This document shows positions 1 to 13,724 of a stretch of 64,000 bases of DNA, piece after piece. Position numbers and translations under genes: made by a program. The DNA comes from Gnetum montanum (taxonomy: Eukaryota; Plantae; Gnetophyta). Each line of letters starts with the position of its first letter. Positions within the stretch are counted from its first letter, which is position 1. The stretch lies in contig MNCI01000189.1 in the NCBI GenBank assembly GCA_015680685.1, positions 164,537 to 228,536 on the forward strand, written 5' to 3'. The notes beneath the pieces were generated by a model. The model saw nothing but the letters and a program-made list of their open reading frames with translations, had not been told where the DNA came from and did no database searches.

Positions 1-2032
1 ATCAGTAGCACCAATACCTCAACAGATGGTCATGCATGCTCAATATTTTGGATCTCCTCCTTCCAACTCAATTGTAAGAGAGATGGTCATCCATGCTGAA
101 ATCAATTAATGTGGCTCTTTGTTTTCTTTATCTTTTTTTTACATCATTTTTAGTACATTTTTCTCTTTCTTTAGTATTTTATAAATTTTTTTATATTTTT
201 CCTCATTTGATTTGTGTTTTTATTATGATTTTCTTTTCTTTCCTTATTGCCACCAAGATTTGGTGTAACTATAGCTACCAATTGATGGTGGTTTGTACTT
301 TACATTGTTATTTAATTATAAATGTATAGATTTGATTTTTGAATTTTGACATTCATGAATGAGACATTAATTCTTTTCTTGTTAACAAGCAATGAGTCCA
401 TGTCATCCACCGATCCACAAAACTTTATGGTGTCCCTTTGTTTTGGAAGTATGAGGTTCGTTCTTAAAAATAACTTATAATAAAATTTTGACCTTGGTAG
501 TTTCCAAACTTGGGATGAATTAAAAGGATAGATAAGGGTGTGACTTTAGGGGGATTTGATACCTTTTGTACTTCTCTACCCTTTGGGGTGCATCAGTATC
601 TCCACATATCCTTTGCTATTGCCATGTCAACCAATAATATGAAGCTAAGTATTTACATTGTGTGGTTCCCATTTGAAAATAAAAAATAATGGGAATTCAA
701 AGGACACCCATTAGACTTAATAATGAGCTACAAGCATTGGTTATGGGGTTGGAAAGACATGTTACCTATGCTTGAAGGCATTCCCCCCCCCCCCCTTCCC
801 TCTAACTGAGGCCCTTTTCACTTCCTACTTCTCTTTTCTTCTCTCTTGGGAATGATGATTGGTCTATGGGTATAGTCTTGTACCTTGGGGGTGGAATGGT
901 CTAAATGTGTCAACGTGAAGTCACTGGAAGTGGTTGGTCTTAATTTGGACTAAGGATGGATGTTATTAAGTTATATTAACCACATACTTCACAAGGGACT
1001 TCATGTGACCATGATAAGAAACTCCATTCCATACACTCTCATCCATATATTCTCTCCATCAATCCCCTCATGGCCTTTTCTCATAATTATTTTAATGTCT
1101 TTATTTGGATACAGTTAAAATTTTTGGTGGTTTCCTTGGTGATTCGGTTCTTATCTTACTACAACCATTAATCAAACATGGGGTCCACAAACTCCTTAGT
1201 TTGAGGGTATGCAAGGGCATTAAGGACATGAGCCTACTATGGGGAGGACCCACTTACATACCCCTTAGTTGGGAAGGCTATGTTCCTTATCCCTTAGAAG
1301 TTTTTTCTTGAAAACCTTAGAAGTTTAACTAATAAAATAATATTAAAATCACTAATTCATGAGAGTTTAACCTTCCCAACAAATGTTGGTAGCCATCTAA
1401 GAAAAATAATATTAAAATAATCAATATGCCATAATCACAACATAGCCAAAGTGTAACTGATCTAAAGAGACAAGGTATCAAAATGTTCTAAGTTACACGT
1501 CAAATGCTAATCCTTGGTCATGTTATGATTATAAATGGCACCAAGACCCAAACAAGGATACGAAGGAGGACCATTCCAACTAATGAATAAGCAAATGAGA
1601 GGAGGAAGGGGCCAACAACTGAAGTAGCCCCAAGAGCAAGCAACAAAAACCCATGTAATGGGACCTCTTCAAGAGAAGCCCGAAGTGGAATATATCCAAT
1701 AGATTCTTGCTACTGAGACTGATCAATCACACTAAGATGAGGCACCTAGGTCTGGATCGAACCTTGAGGTAACTCTGAATGATGCCTGCCTAAGGAAAAT
1801 TCACTCCAAGGAGGTCTAGAATGTAGTTCTCTAAGAACTAAACTTTGGTCCTTTCTTGGAATTAGCACTAGAAGAAGTCAAGATACAACTTTAAAGCTCT
1901 CCCATGCAGCCCATCCTTACTTCTAATTGGGAATGGTACATGGGGGAAACCTACCTCTTCTAAAACAATAGCTAAGTTGATGCTACCATGGAAATGAAGG
2001 ACATTAGTATGTTTTCTTTATGGAAGTCATCT

Positions 2033-2401
2033 TGTAGTGACTGAAAATGTCAATAGCTAGAACACTGAGGTTCATGAGTGCATAGCCTAACCCTGAACCC
2101 ACATGAGGGCCTGCTAGAGATAGAGATGGAACATCTTGAATGGTCTTGTTGATTAAAAAGGGATGTACCAAATGCAACTAGGGTGCAGCGTGGTTAGCTA
2201 TGATGTTGATGCAAGACAATGTTTAAGTGTGCAAGCAGTCTCAATGGTGTCAACGATGTTAATGGTGTCAGTGGGGTTGAGTGTAGTCAATAATTTTGGT
2301 GAAAATGAGGGCTCCAACACATGGAGACTACCACCCAAATGTGGTTTTAGGCATGGCTATGCAGTGAAATAGTGAGAAAGCAAATAAAATGCAAACAATG
2401 C

Positions 2402-2444
<43 letters not shown>

Positions 2445-3687
2445 NAGATGGAACACCACCCTAAATGGGGTTGATCATAGTTAACACCAAAAGGAGTTAG
2501 AAGGTATATGATGTATAACAAGTGTAGTGGATAGCATAGTGGTCTTGAGGATGTCTAGTCACAAAGATTGGCATTCCACTGAGGTGTCTATGTTTACTAG
2601 GTTGGCTACTACGATGTACTATTGGCTGCAGTATTTTGATGGACTACGATGGGCTATAGTGGTCTACAAATTTGCTTCTCTCTGGTTCACTGAAATGCCT
2701 TTAGTTCATCAACTCTTTGATTTTTCAACCCAAATTTACCAACCCTGAAAACATTGAGTGAGGGTATTTATAAGCCTAGGGTTAGCGCGAAATGCAAGAT
2801 GGCTACTACATGGCAGAGGGGACAATTGGGACTATGTTGTTACCCAACTATGCTTTCAACTAGGACAAGTGGTGATGTACTTTCATGTGCTCTATCTAGC
2901 TCTATGAAACTGCAAGACTATGACTATGCTACTAACTACATGTGTATGTGCCAAGAAGACTCCAAGGTACCTAAAAAATGCAACTTGAAGAAAATGCTCT
3001 AGGAGTACACTCTCCATGCTCTCATGTGGGGTCTAATGTAGTTACAATTTTGGGGCCAAAAGGGGGTACAAAAAAGAAGCATTTTTACTAAGTACACTTA
3101 CCAAAGATGAGTTGGAGTTGAGCTAAGTGCCAATGTTGCATTGTGGAGGCTGCTCAAGACTATTCTTGTTGACTACGTTTGACTACACTCTAGACCGAGG
3201 GAGAGCATAGTCCCACACTTTAAAAAATTCTATAAAAATTGGGCCTTCATGTTGACTATTCTCTCCACTAGAAGTTGACTACGCTCTAGCAGCAATGGAG
3301 AGTGTAGTCCCAATACTAAGAAAGTTTGAGGAAAATGAGTTTCCTGCTGACTATGCTCCCCACAAGAGGCTAACTATGCTCCCAACTAGGGATGAGCATA
3401 GTTCCAAGACCTGTTGAACCTTGTGAAAACTTGCCCTTTTGTTAACTACACTCTCCACTAGATGCTACCTATGCTCTGGGGTAGTGGAGAGCATAGTCCC
3501 AATGCTTAGAAAAATTTGTAGCAACTGGCTTTGTGCTAACACTTAGAAAAAATTGCAAAACTAGCCTTCATGTTGACTATGCTCTCGACAAAAGGTTGAC
3601 TATGCTCTAGGGCAGTGGAGAGCATAGTTCCAACACTTAGAAAAATTTGTGATTGGGATCCCATAGTCCATATTTAGTGGTGTTTCA
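2033..3687 (-). repeat. 3' LTR of the old Tat-type element
   Basis: TGTAG...TGTTTCA; colinear with 33343-34964; adjoined by PPT (minus AAAAAAGGGGGGCCAA). Contains an expanded (GA)n at 2405-2447. Confidence 0.85.
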
Positions 3688-4433
3688 TTGGCCCCCCTTT
3701 TTTGACATCTAAAGGAGTGGCTCAAGAGACATCGACAAAGAACAACAAAACACCACAATAGGCTTGGCACCAACATTGCTCTTCTATGCATGGTCAGATG
3801 TCATTGCACCGTGTTCAAGAGTGTTGTAGATAGCAATATACTAAATAGTAGGTGAGAAACAGGAGTAAAAGGTGTAGGCGATATGCTAGAAATAATAGGG
3901 GAGATGAGGTGTAAATGGGATATTATGACGTCAAGGGTGATGGTGACCATAGCACGAGAGTGGTTTTCCCTTGAAAATATTGACCTCTCATCGAAGTGCT
4001 TGTGAGAGAGTCAAGGTGTAGGTTCAAGGTTGGGTCAATTGCGAAACTGCTTTGCCACCTGATTACTTGGCAACATGCATTCACCTCTTTTAATTTCTTT
4101 TCTTTTTTTCTGTATGATGAGCCTTCCTTGGGCTTTGCACATTACTGAATGCTTACTATAGAGTGAAATGCTTCCCATCAAGTGAATTGCATGTCAGAAG
4201 ATGGACTTCACTTCATCATTGATGAAATGGCATGGTGCCTATACAATAGGTGTTTCCTCCCTAGGATGACTTATGCTACATCTACCTAGGCTTTGACCAA
4301 CCAATAGAGGCACCCCACAAGATGACTTATGTTACGTTCACCTTGGGAAGCTTGTTCGCTTGTAAGAGGATGGAAGGAATTATCATTAGCTAACTACAAA
4401 TCCAATTTAAGTTCTTGGTAGACCATGGCCTTA

Positions 4434-4955
4434 CTAGTTTAAGGTCTTAGCAAACTATTGTATGTTGGTTTAATAGCATAGAAAATGTGCTATATCACTT
4501 TAAAGTCATGGTGGACTGCTAGTTTATGGTCATAGCAAATGTGTTGTGATAGTTTAACATCGTGACCCAAGGATGAGCTATGCTAGTTTAATGTCATAGC
4601 AAACAAATGCTTTGCCAATTTAGCATCATAGCAAATGCATACTATGCTAGTTTAGCATCATAGTGAATGAGTGTTGTGCCAGTTTAGCATCATAGTAGAC
4701 GAATGTTGTGCAAGTTTAGAATCATAACAGATTACTTATGTGTATGCTAGTTTAACATCATAACAAATGAGTGCTTTTCCAATTTAACATCTTAGCGAAT
4801 GAGTTGTGCCAGTTTAGCATTGTAGTGAATGAAAGTTATGCCAGTTTAGTATCATAGTGAACGGATGTTATGCCAATTTAGCATCATAGCAAATGAGTTA
4901 TGTCAATTTATAGTCAAAGCATACTATTGTGCTAGTTTAGTGTTGTAGTGGATGA
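4434..4955. repeat. 3'-UTR motif array of the old Tat element (GCCAGTTTAGCATCATAGC-like cores with variable spacers)
   Basis: About 15 recurrences of (G)CYAGTTTARCATC-like cores just downstream of the integrase. Confidence 0.85.
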
Positions 4956-4989
4956 GTGCTTACCTTGCTTCATTGATGTGTGATGCTAC

Positions 4990-6931
4990 ATGTTAGATGT
5001 AATATGGCTTCAAGTATGAATGGTTCACTAAATTGGAAAACTTATTTCCATCTTGGTTAGCAAGCTTGAATGCTCCATTGTTATCAGCCTTAGTAACCAA
5101 GAAAGGCCCTTTCTAATTGACTAAGAATTTATCTATGAGCACGTGAATAGCCTTGAGAACTAAGTTTCCTTTCTTGATCAGGCATTAATGCTAGTTGTGA
5201 TGATGCTTTTGCCATTGTGTTTCTTGATACCACTTGATGTGATCAAGCATATGCATACACTCCTCCTCTATTGAGTCAAGGTCTACAGTTTTCAACTTGT
5301 TGTTCTAACCTTTGTCAATGAAATTTGAGAGGATTACTGGGAGGAATGGAACTTGCAATTCACGCAACAAGATTAATTCAAATCCATAGATAAGGCTATA
5401 AGGTGACATACCTGTTACTGTTTGGCATGTTATGCTATAGAACCAAAGTGTGTGGACTAGTTGCTTATGCCATCATTGTTTGCTATTGCTTAGCATTTTC
5501 TTGAGAAGGTTGATGATGACCTTGTTAATGGCCTTCACTTGGCCACTTTCCTAAGGGTAGTATGGCAACAAAAAGGAATGTTTGACACCAAAGTGCTCAC
5601 AAAAGGCTTTAGTTTTGGCACTACTAAATTGCAATCCATTATCCGTTACTATGGTCAAGGGCAAGCCGAAATGGGTCACTATGTTATCTAACACGAATTT
5701 GCAATCCTACTACAATGTTGTCTTCCTAAGGGGAATAGCCAAAATCCATTTGGTAAAATACTTAGTTGTAGTTATTATCAAGCTATTCCCTACAAAGGAC
5801 TTAGGCATTATGGGTCTGATGATGTTCAAGCCCCAACATTGGAATGGCCACATGATTTGCATTGTATGCAATTCAGTTGGTTGCACATGCATTAAGTTGT
5901 CATGATGTTGATAAATGTTTCATGTTTTAACTTTTGAGATGCAATTTCTTTTCATGTAAAGCCAATACTAACCTAGTCATCTAATTTTTTTTGCCATTGC
6001 CCTAGGTCCTATGTGGTTTCTACATAGTCCCTTGTGGACTTGCTCAATGATCATTTGTGCTTCCCTATTGCTTACACATGTTAGTAATATGCCATCGTAG
6101 AATCTATGACATAACATGTTATCAACTACGATGATGTACTATCGTAAACATTTGCACATTGCATTTTTTTGGGCAGTGGTTAAATGTTGTGGAGGCTCAC
6201 CCTGTAGAACGTATGCCTTGATGTCGTCGTACCACTCTCCCACGTGGGTTGTGCTTACTGTGGCTATGGATACAATGTCAATGATTTGCATGATAGGCAT
6301 AGTGCAATCCACCACCAAGATGGGCAATGCATCAAACATGCTAGGCATGATGCTAAGGGCTAACGTTACAAGTGTGTCAACAATGGCATTTTCATTTTGG
6401 GGAATATGTTGAACATCGATAGTTACAAAGTGTTGAAGCAAGTGCTTTGCCAGGTCATAGTAAGGCTATAAATGTTATGCCTTGTAGGCATAAACATCTG
6501 TTACCTAGTTGACCACTAGTTGTGAGTCACCTCATATCACTATGTATTGGATCCCTAGGTTGTGTGCTACAAGGATACCTCGGAGGAGACCTTCATACTC
6601 TGTCGCATTGTTAGTACTAAGAAATGCAAAATTATATGTGAAGGGTTGGATCTCTCTAGTGGGAAATGTGATAATAGCAGTGGTGCTACCCCCTTGAGAG
6701 GTTAAAGATCCATTGAAATGCAAGAGTGCCTCATACTTGTTGGGCACTTTGCTAATGCTATTAACATGCTTGTTCGAGAATTTAGGGTTTATGGTTGCTA
6801 GATCATTTATAGGTAAAGACATGAGTTGTACAGCTATAGCTTGACCTTTTGTTGAAGCTTGCACGATGTAATGTAGGTCAAACTTTGTTGTTATTTCTTT
6901 CTACAATGCACTATTACTACTTTTGTGGATA
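4990..6931 (-). pseudogene. Degenerate INT, aRH and RH C-terminus of the old Tat element
   Basis: ORF fragments WPFQCWGLNIIRP (INT core), LHFNGSL...TNNATEYEGLLRG and HIPQNENAIVDTL (aRH); many stops and frameshifts. Confidence 0.9.
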
Positions 6932-6936
6932 TTTTT

Positions 6937-8524
6937 TGTAACGACGGAAAATGTCGGTAGCTAGAAAATACCAAACAAAATCCCGTGAACACAGTTTTAA
7001 CCACGGATCCGTACGAGGGCTGTGCTGGAAAAACGAATCCGCGGCGCCCTGAACGGTCTTGTCGATCAGACAGGGACTTACTAAATCAGTAAATCGATGG
7101 AGATTGTGAATATTTCGTGGATCGATCTAATTCGACGGGTCGCAAAATGAGAGAGAAACGATGCAGATGAATTATAATGATGATAACGCTAACACGATAA
7201 AAGGAATCAGACACGAGGAAAATGCGTGATTGCAAGATCTATGGTTTGACCCGGAAAAATGAGTATTTTGTATATTTTGGTTACACTGGGGAGACCCCGA
7301 ATTGTTTTGTATGAAGCAAACACAAAGTAACAAGAAAATTGTCTAAGAAAAAATGTAGAATGGGGTCCGATCTACCTCGTAGGCCAGAGATGGGATGCAA
7401 GGAAGGTCAAGTTTTGACGTCTATTGATCAACTGCTTCTAACCAATAGAAACTCACAAACCACACCAGATGATCTTTTGATCTCTGGTCTGCTCCTTTCA
7501 CCTTAGGTAGTCTTTGCTCGAAGCTACCGACGATCACCAATGGAGAAAGTTGTGTCTTCGCCAAAGGGGGAATCGCTCCTGCTATCAATGCTCAAGCAAA
7601 AAAAACTCTTTGTTTCTGCTAGAAGGTGATGTTGCCAAAAATTACCAAGATGCTGCTCTCTCTATTTTTTTTTTTTTTTTTTGCCTTCTCTCTGTTTGTT
7701 CTCCCTTTTTTTTTCTGTTTGCTGCTAACTGAAGTATTTATAGGTTTGATGACGTCTGGATAAGGTCTGGGCGTGTTTCAAACTTTTTGAAACGTCGTTG
7801 ACCTAACCAACTTCGTGTTGAATTTTGTGATTACGCACAATACGCTCATTTGCATACTGTGCGTGTGAGTAACAACTATGCGTTGTATATGTTTCAGCTG
7901 ACTTTGGGCTATATTACGCTCATTCGCAGTGCATCGTGTTCAAGAGCGTAACAAAGCATGAAGACAATAGATTCAAGCTGCTTTACGCTCGTTTACGCCA
8001 CCGGGCGTAGTGAAGCGTAAGCAATGATTATTTTGACGATGACTTACGCTGACACACGTTGCGTTGTGTAACGAGCGTAAGGCAGCTAATATGTAAAAAA
8101 GAAAGGCGCCGGTCTACTGTGTGTCTTTGGTCTCTCTCTGACTTTTTTGACGCTCATTACGCTTCCGTGCGTAATAGAGCGTAAACTTAGCCTTGGACAA
8201 AAGACTTAGCCAAAATATACGAGAAGTCACATATTACGCTGCTTAAGCCTTTAGGCTTCACCAAATCCGCTGAAGTAAACTGCCTTCTAATGTCAGACTA
8301 CGTTACGTTAAGCGTCATTACGCTACATTGCATACTATAGCGTAAAGACGGAAAACATATTAAGATAAGAAATCTACAAAGAAAAAAGCAAAATCTTGAT
8401 GCCGCGTGACTCCTTGCCTTGCCCTATCTTGTTCTTCTTTCTAGCATTCTGTCATGTACTCTTGCCCGAATCACGAATCACGAATCTTTGCCTGAGGTCG
8501 ACTCGCAATTTTCATGGTGTTTTA
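6937..8524 (-). repeat. 3' LTR of the young Tat-type element
   Basis: Direct repeat of 22882-24463; 13 mismatches, all transitions, in the first ~210 bp compared. TGTAAC...GTTTTA ends; rich in TTACGC/GCGTAA. Confidence 0.95.
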
Positions 8525-8540
8525 ATGGCCCCTCTTTCTT
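8525..8540 (-). promoter_or_regulatory. Polypurine tract (AAGAAAGAGGGGCCAT)
   Basis: Purine run abutting the 3' LTR on the minus strand. Confidence 0.8.
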
Positions 8541-9735
8541 GACGGTTAGAGGGCCTGCCCGAAAGACGTCGACAAACAATGCGAAACATCGGAGAGGCAA
8601 AAGCACTAATAACGGTCATCAATGGCTACTCAAGTGTCACCCTGTCAACATAGAAGGGCAAAGCTAGAGGTTATGGGAGATAGGATGATTTGGTAGGAAA
8701 CAGGTTCAGGGAAGACTCAAATGAAGCAGGATGGCAGAAGTATGGAATACGCACACAGAAACGTATGCATACTTATATTAACAGGAATGCTTTCAGACGA
8801 GCATAGCGCATCAGTCTGAGATTTCGCTGTTACAGACAATAGCAGGAATGCTTGCAAAAGGAGAACAATGCATCGCTTCTGCGATATCTCTGCTATGACA
8901 TTTAATTGCATTACACCAGTTTGTGGATTTCATGGCGATGTGAGTGCGGAAAATGGGTGCTTGCGTATGTAACTTTTGCATACAGGAAGAAGATGGTAGG
9001 GATGAAGCGGATTAAGAGCCAAGGGTAGGGTCACAAGGGGAAGAGGGATGTATTTCTAAGTGGACAGGCTAACCTGAGCAGCAATTTCAAAACACTGTTT
9101 GTACTTTACCGCTCAGATGAATGCACCTTTGAACGACGTCCTCGAAGCAAGTAACCTGCAACCACAGAAGAAAACAGAGGATGCCATTGTCTGTGTAAAC
9201 CTGAGGTGAGGTTGTTGAAACAAGTTCTATTAGATACAAGATGAAGTGATCGGGCCATGAAGGAGGAACTGTAGCACGAGGNGCTATTAGATACAAGATG
9301 AAGTGATCGAGCCATGAAGGAGGAACTGTAGCACGAGGCCCAAGTTTTAACCCTTAACGCTCGACCTAGCATATCGCTACCAAAGAACATCAGACTCAGC
9401 GCGTCTGACTGGTTATGCAAAAAATCGGCCAGATGAATCTGTGAAGCCAAAGCCTGATAGCGATGAAGAGCAGAGATCCCCAAAGCCTTGGTTAATGAGA
9501 ACACCTTTGGGGCTCCAGATGGTGAAACGAACCTCCCAGAAGTACCACCACTGAAATAGGTGCAGTGACGGTATCTCCGAGGGGTCAGTAGTATGCCCTT
9601 CGGCACATCCGAGGAATCAGTAAGATGCCGGTGAGGTAGTGACGCTGGGACTGTCCCGGTGTCCCATCCCTCATGTTGTGAAGCTACACAGGGATGATTA
9701 CGCTTGCTTGATTTGCATGATGGCGGCTTGTAAGT

Positions 9736-10218
9736 CCCAGTTTTAAGTCCTGGTAGACCGTCGTTACTGGTTTTAAGTCTCAGCGGACCATGGTCCCAGT
9801 TTAGAGTCTGGGCAGACTGAGAAATGCTAGTTTTACGTCGTAGCGGATTGTGGTGGGGCTGATTTATGGTCTCAGCAGACCGTGCTGTGGATGTCAGTTT
9901 TATGTCATGACCCAGGGACAAGTCTGTGCTGGTTTTACGTCTCAGCAGACGGTTACTTACCTTTGTCAGTTTTATGTCATGATGGACAGCCGGTGCTAGT
10001 TTAGCGTCGTGGAGGACGCGTGCAAAAGATGCCAGTTTTTCATCTTAGCAAACCTGTACAACATTGCCAGTTTTACGTCGTAGCGGACGGTCGCAACTTG
10101 CCAGTTTTGCGTCATCGCGGATGGTCAGTACCAGTTTAGCGTCGTGGCAGACGCGTGAGGGGAGTGCCAGTTTTACATCATAGCGGACGTTTGTTGCCAG
10201 TTTAGCGTCGTAGCGGAT
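9736..10218. repeat. 3'-UTR motif array of the young Tat element
   Basis: About 15 copies of a ~23-bp core GCCAGTTT(T/A)(A/G)CGTC(G/A)TAGCGGAC separated by variable ~6-14 bp spacers. Confidence 0.9.
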
Positions 10219-10256
10219 GATGATGGCCCTACCTGATGTATACACCGGGGATGCAA

Positions 10257-13200
10257 CTATATGTAGTATCACTTCAGATATATATGATTGACAGGGTTTG
10301 GTAACTCGTTGCCATCGACATCTGCTAATTTGAATGCTCCACTGCTATACGCGTCAGTCACCAAGAAAGGGCCCTCCTAGTTTTCAGAGAATTTGCCTAC
10401 TGGTTCGTGAACAGCCTTGAGAACTAAATCTCCTTTCTTGATTGGACACTGCTAAAGATTGTGGCGGTGCTTTTGCCTCTGCTTGTCTTGATACTTCTCG
10501 ATTGTATCAAGCATCTATATTCGCTTCTCTTCTATTGAATCCAAATCCATGATCCGAGACTCGGTGTGTGTAGCCTCATTTATAATCATGGAGAGGACCA
10601 TTCTCAAAGAAGGAATTTGCAACTCGAGAGGCAGCACTGCTTTAGATCCATAGACTAGGCTATAGGGTGTACTGTCCATAGCTGTCCTACATGTAGTACG
10701 ATACGCCCATAACACATAGAGGATTTTCTCGTGCCACCGTCTCTTGTTACTGTCGAGCATCTTCTTGAGCAAATTGATGATGACTTTGTTTGTTGCTTCA
10801 GCTTAACCATTCGCTTGTGGGTAGTATGGCGAGGAAAAATATTGTTTAATGCCAAGGCTATCGTAGAAGGATTAGGTTTCTGTACTACTAAACTGCGGCC
10901 CATTGTCGGTCACGATAGTCATTGGGAGACCAAATCTGGTTACAATGTTGTCTAAGATGAAATGGAAAATCTGTTGAGATGTGATCTTCCTTAAAGGAAT
11001 AGCTTCTACCCACTTCGTGAAGTACTTAGTAGCGGTGATTATGAAGCTATGACCTGTGGAAGATTTCAGTGTGATGGGACCTATAATGTCTAGTCCCCAT
11101 CGTTGAAAGGGCCATGTTATCTAAGTCATATGTAACTCTGTAGGTGACACGTGTATAAGGTTTGCATGACGCTGACACGTGTCACAAGTCTTAACCTTTG
11201 TTAGGCAATCTTTTTCGATGCGTGGCCAGTAGTACCCTAAGCGGCAAATTTTTGAAGCCATAGCCCGTGGTGCTACGTGTCCTCCGCATAATCCCTCGTG
11301 AACCTCGCCAACGATATGTTGTGCTTGGTCCTTATTAACGTAGGTAAGCAGCACGCCATCAAAAGAGCATCTACAAAGAGTACTATCTCCTATGATTATG
11401 TACTGCCTAGCTCACTTGCGGATTGCATCTTTTTGCACGCGTATCAGTTCGTGCGGTAGCTCACCTTATAGGAGGTAAGTTTTAATGTTGTCGTACCATT
11501 CTGGCGTGCTTTCTTCGAGAAGAGAAAATATGTGTGCCGCCTGAATGATAGGACCTGTACAATCTGTTATTAAAGCAGGACAAGTGTCAAGTAGATGTGA
11601 GGGCACGTTTAAGGCCAGCATAGCTAGTGTGTTATTGGTTCGTGGCACGTGTTGGGCATCGATGGTCGCGAATCGCTTCAGAAGATCTTTAGCCATATCG
11701 TAGTAGGGCTGCAAATGTGCAGCCTTGCAGGCATAGACTCTTGTGATCTGATTAATGACGAGCATCGAATCACCCCTAACTGCCAAGTGTCGAATATCTA
11801 GTTCGCTTGCCGTTAGTAATCCCCTGAGGAGCCCCTTGTACTCTGCCACATTGTTCGTACAGGGGAATGTCAAGCGATAGGCGTGAAGATGCACATCCTC
11901 AGGTGATAGCGTAATAACGGTGGCAGCACTGCCACCTCTAGTGGTTGAAGCTCCGTCGAAATACAACGTCGCTTCGGGGCCTGTTAAGACAGGGCTTAAA
12001 CTATGTACATGTTCGTCTGGAAACTCAGGCTCTATAGTTGCCTGATTGTTAATAGGAGATGTTACTAATTGGTCGACTATCGCTTGGCCTTTCATAGAAG
12101 ATTGCCCAATATAATGCAAATCGAATTCTGCTATGATAGCCTTCTAGCGAGCTATTCTACTACTCTCGTATAAATTGTGCATAATGGTCCTAAGGATGTT
12201 ATTTTTACAGATGATGTTAACTTGGCTACGGAAAAGGTAATGCCTACACTTTTTGCGCATAAATACTAATGCTAAGCAGTTACGCTCCACTTCGTTGTAC
12301 CTCGTTTCGTACGCACATAGAGCATGACTCAAGTAGTAGATGGGCACTTCCGACCCATCATCCCTCCTTTGGCAAAGTAATGCCGCTAACGCTACATCCG
12401 AAGTTGCGAGGTAAATGTAAAATGGTAGGTCCCTTTGTGGCGGGAAAATCGTTGGTAAGCATTGGAGTTCCTGTTTTAGGCTATCAAACGCACACTGACA
12501 ATTTTCCATCCATTCAAAATTAACCCCCTTTTTGAGAAAATGTTGCATGAGGTGTAGCTTATCGGTTAATCTCGAGATGAATCGGCGTATAAACTGTAAT
12601 CGTCCTTGTAACCCGCGTAGTTGCTTGAGGTCTGTGGGAGGCGTTAATTCGACAATGGCTTTGACCTTATCAGGGTCAACTCGTATGCCGTTTTCCGACA
12701 CCACAAACCCCAGCATGCGTCCGGTTTTGACTCCGAATACGCATTTCTTTGGGTTAAGCCGAAGGTCGTATTTGGAGCATCTTTTGAGGACTAACTCCAG
12801 GTCTTCTGAATGATCCTCTGACTTTAAAGACTTGAAAGCTATATTGTCAACATAGTCATTCAGTCTCCCTAAGAGGTAATCGCTAAAGATGTATGTCATG
12901 GCTCGATGATATGTTGCTTCGGCATTTTTTAGACCAAAAGGCATCATGGTGTAGCAAAAGGTGCCCCAGGGTGTCATGAACGTCGTGGTTAATTGATGTT
13001 CTGGGTTGATGCAAATCTGATTATAGCTCGAAAAGCCATCCATGAAGGACAGAAGCACATGCCTAGCTATCGTATCGACTAATTGGTCGATACTCGGTAG
13101 TGGGAAGTTATCTTTAATTGTGGCCTTGTTCAAATCTCGGAAGTCTATGCAGATGCGTATGCTTCCAATCTTCTTTGGGACGACTACAATGTTAGATACC

Positions 13201-13724
13201 CAATCCGAGTAGTCGACTGCGTGGATGAAACCAGCTTGATATAGTTTAGTGATCTCATCACGCATGGCTAGTGCGATCTCTGGCTTGATTTTTCGTACAT
13301 TTTGCCTAAGTGCTTTAATCTGCAGGTCTAAGATTATGGTATGTTGGATTAACCTGGGATCTAGTCCCAGCATATCCTCGTATGACCATGCAAACACCAT
13401 GATGTTGTCTTGCAGGACCTGTTTTATAGAATCGTGCATTTTCTGGTCTAGTAAAGAACTAACCTTAAGTGTTTTAGCTTCACCCTTATGCGTAACGATA
13501 GAAACCTCATTGAGGGGGTCTTTGGTTATGTCTCCGGCCTCTAGGTGTAGCGTGTGCATTGACTGTTCTGGCCATTCTAGGGACGTTTCCGACGTGGCTA
13601 TGGTTACGTCATCAAAGGGAGGGTTAATTTCTACTAGCGTAGGGTTGAATTGCCTCACTACTCTCCCGTATGGGCCTGTCAAAGTTAGAGGTGCTGAAAA
13701 TGTTACGTCCATTTGCCAACCATC
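10257..13724 (-). pseudogene. pol (RT-RH-aRH-INT) of the young Tat element, with premature stops
   Basis: RT: RICIDFRDLNKA, FMDGFSSYNQI, YVDN (D>N in the YxDD motif). RH: PFYIYL. aRH: LYFDGAS, TNNVAEY, GDSMLV. INT: HEGLCGGH..CDTC, WPFQRWGLDIIGP, GPF. Confidence 0.95.

Noticed and set aside
1-1400. Short ORFs in the AT-rich left end
   Set aside because: Low-complexity translations with no motifs; probably decayed retrotransposon interior.
9227-9340. ~57-bp tandem duplication (similar case at 41558-41655)
   Set aside because: Copies are separated by a single N, typical of unmerged contig overlaps.
9106-9921. 271-aa minus-strand ORF in the Tat 3' UTR
   Set aside because: Runs through the motif array and an N-containing duplication, has no recognisable domain, and has no counterpart ORF in the old element.
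9736-10218. CRISPR array interpretation of the repeat-spacer pattern
   Set aside because: Eukaryotic retrotransposon UTR, degenerate repeats, spacers of only ~6-14 bp, no cas genes.
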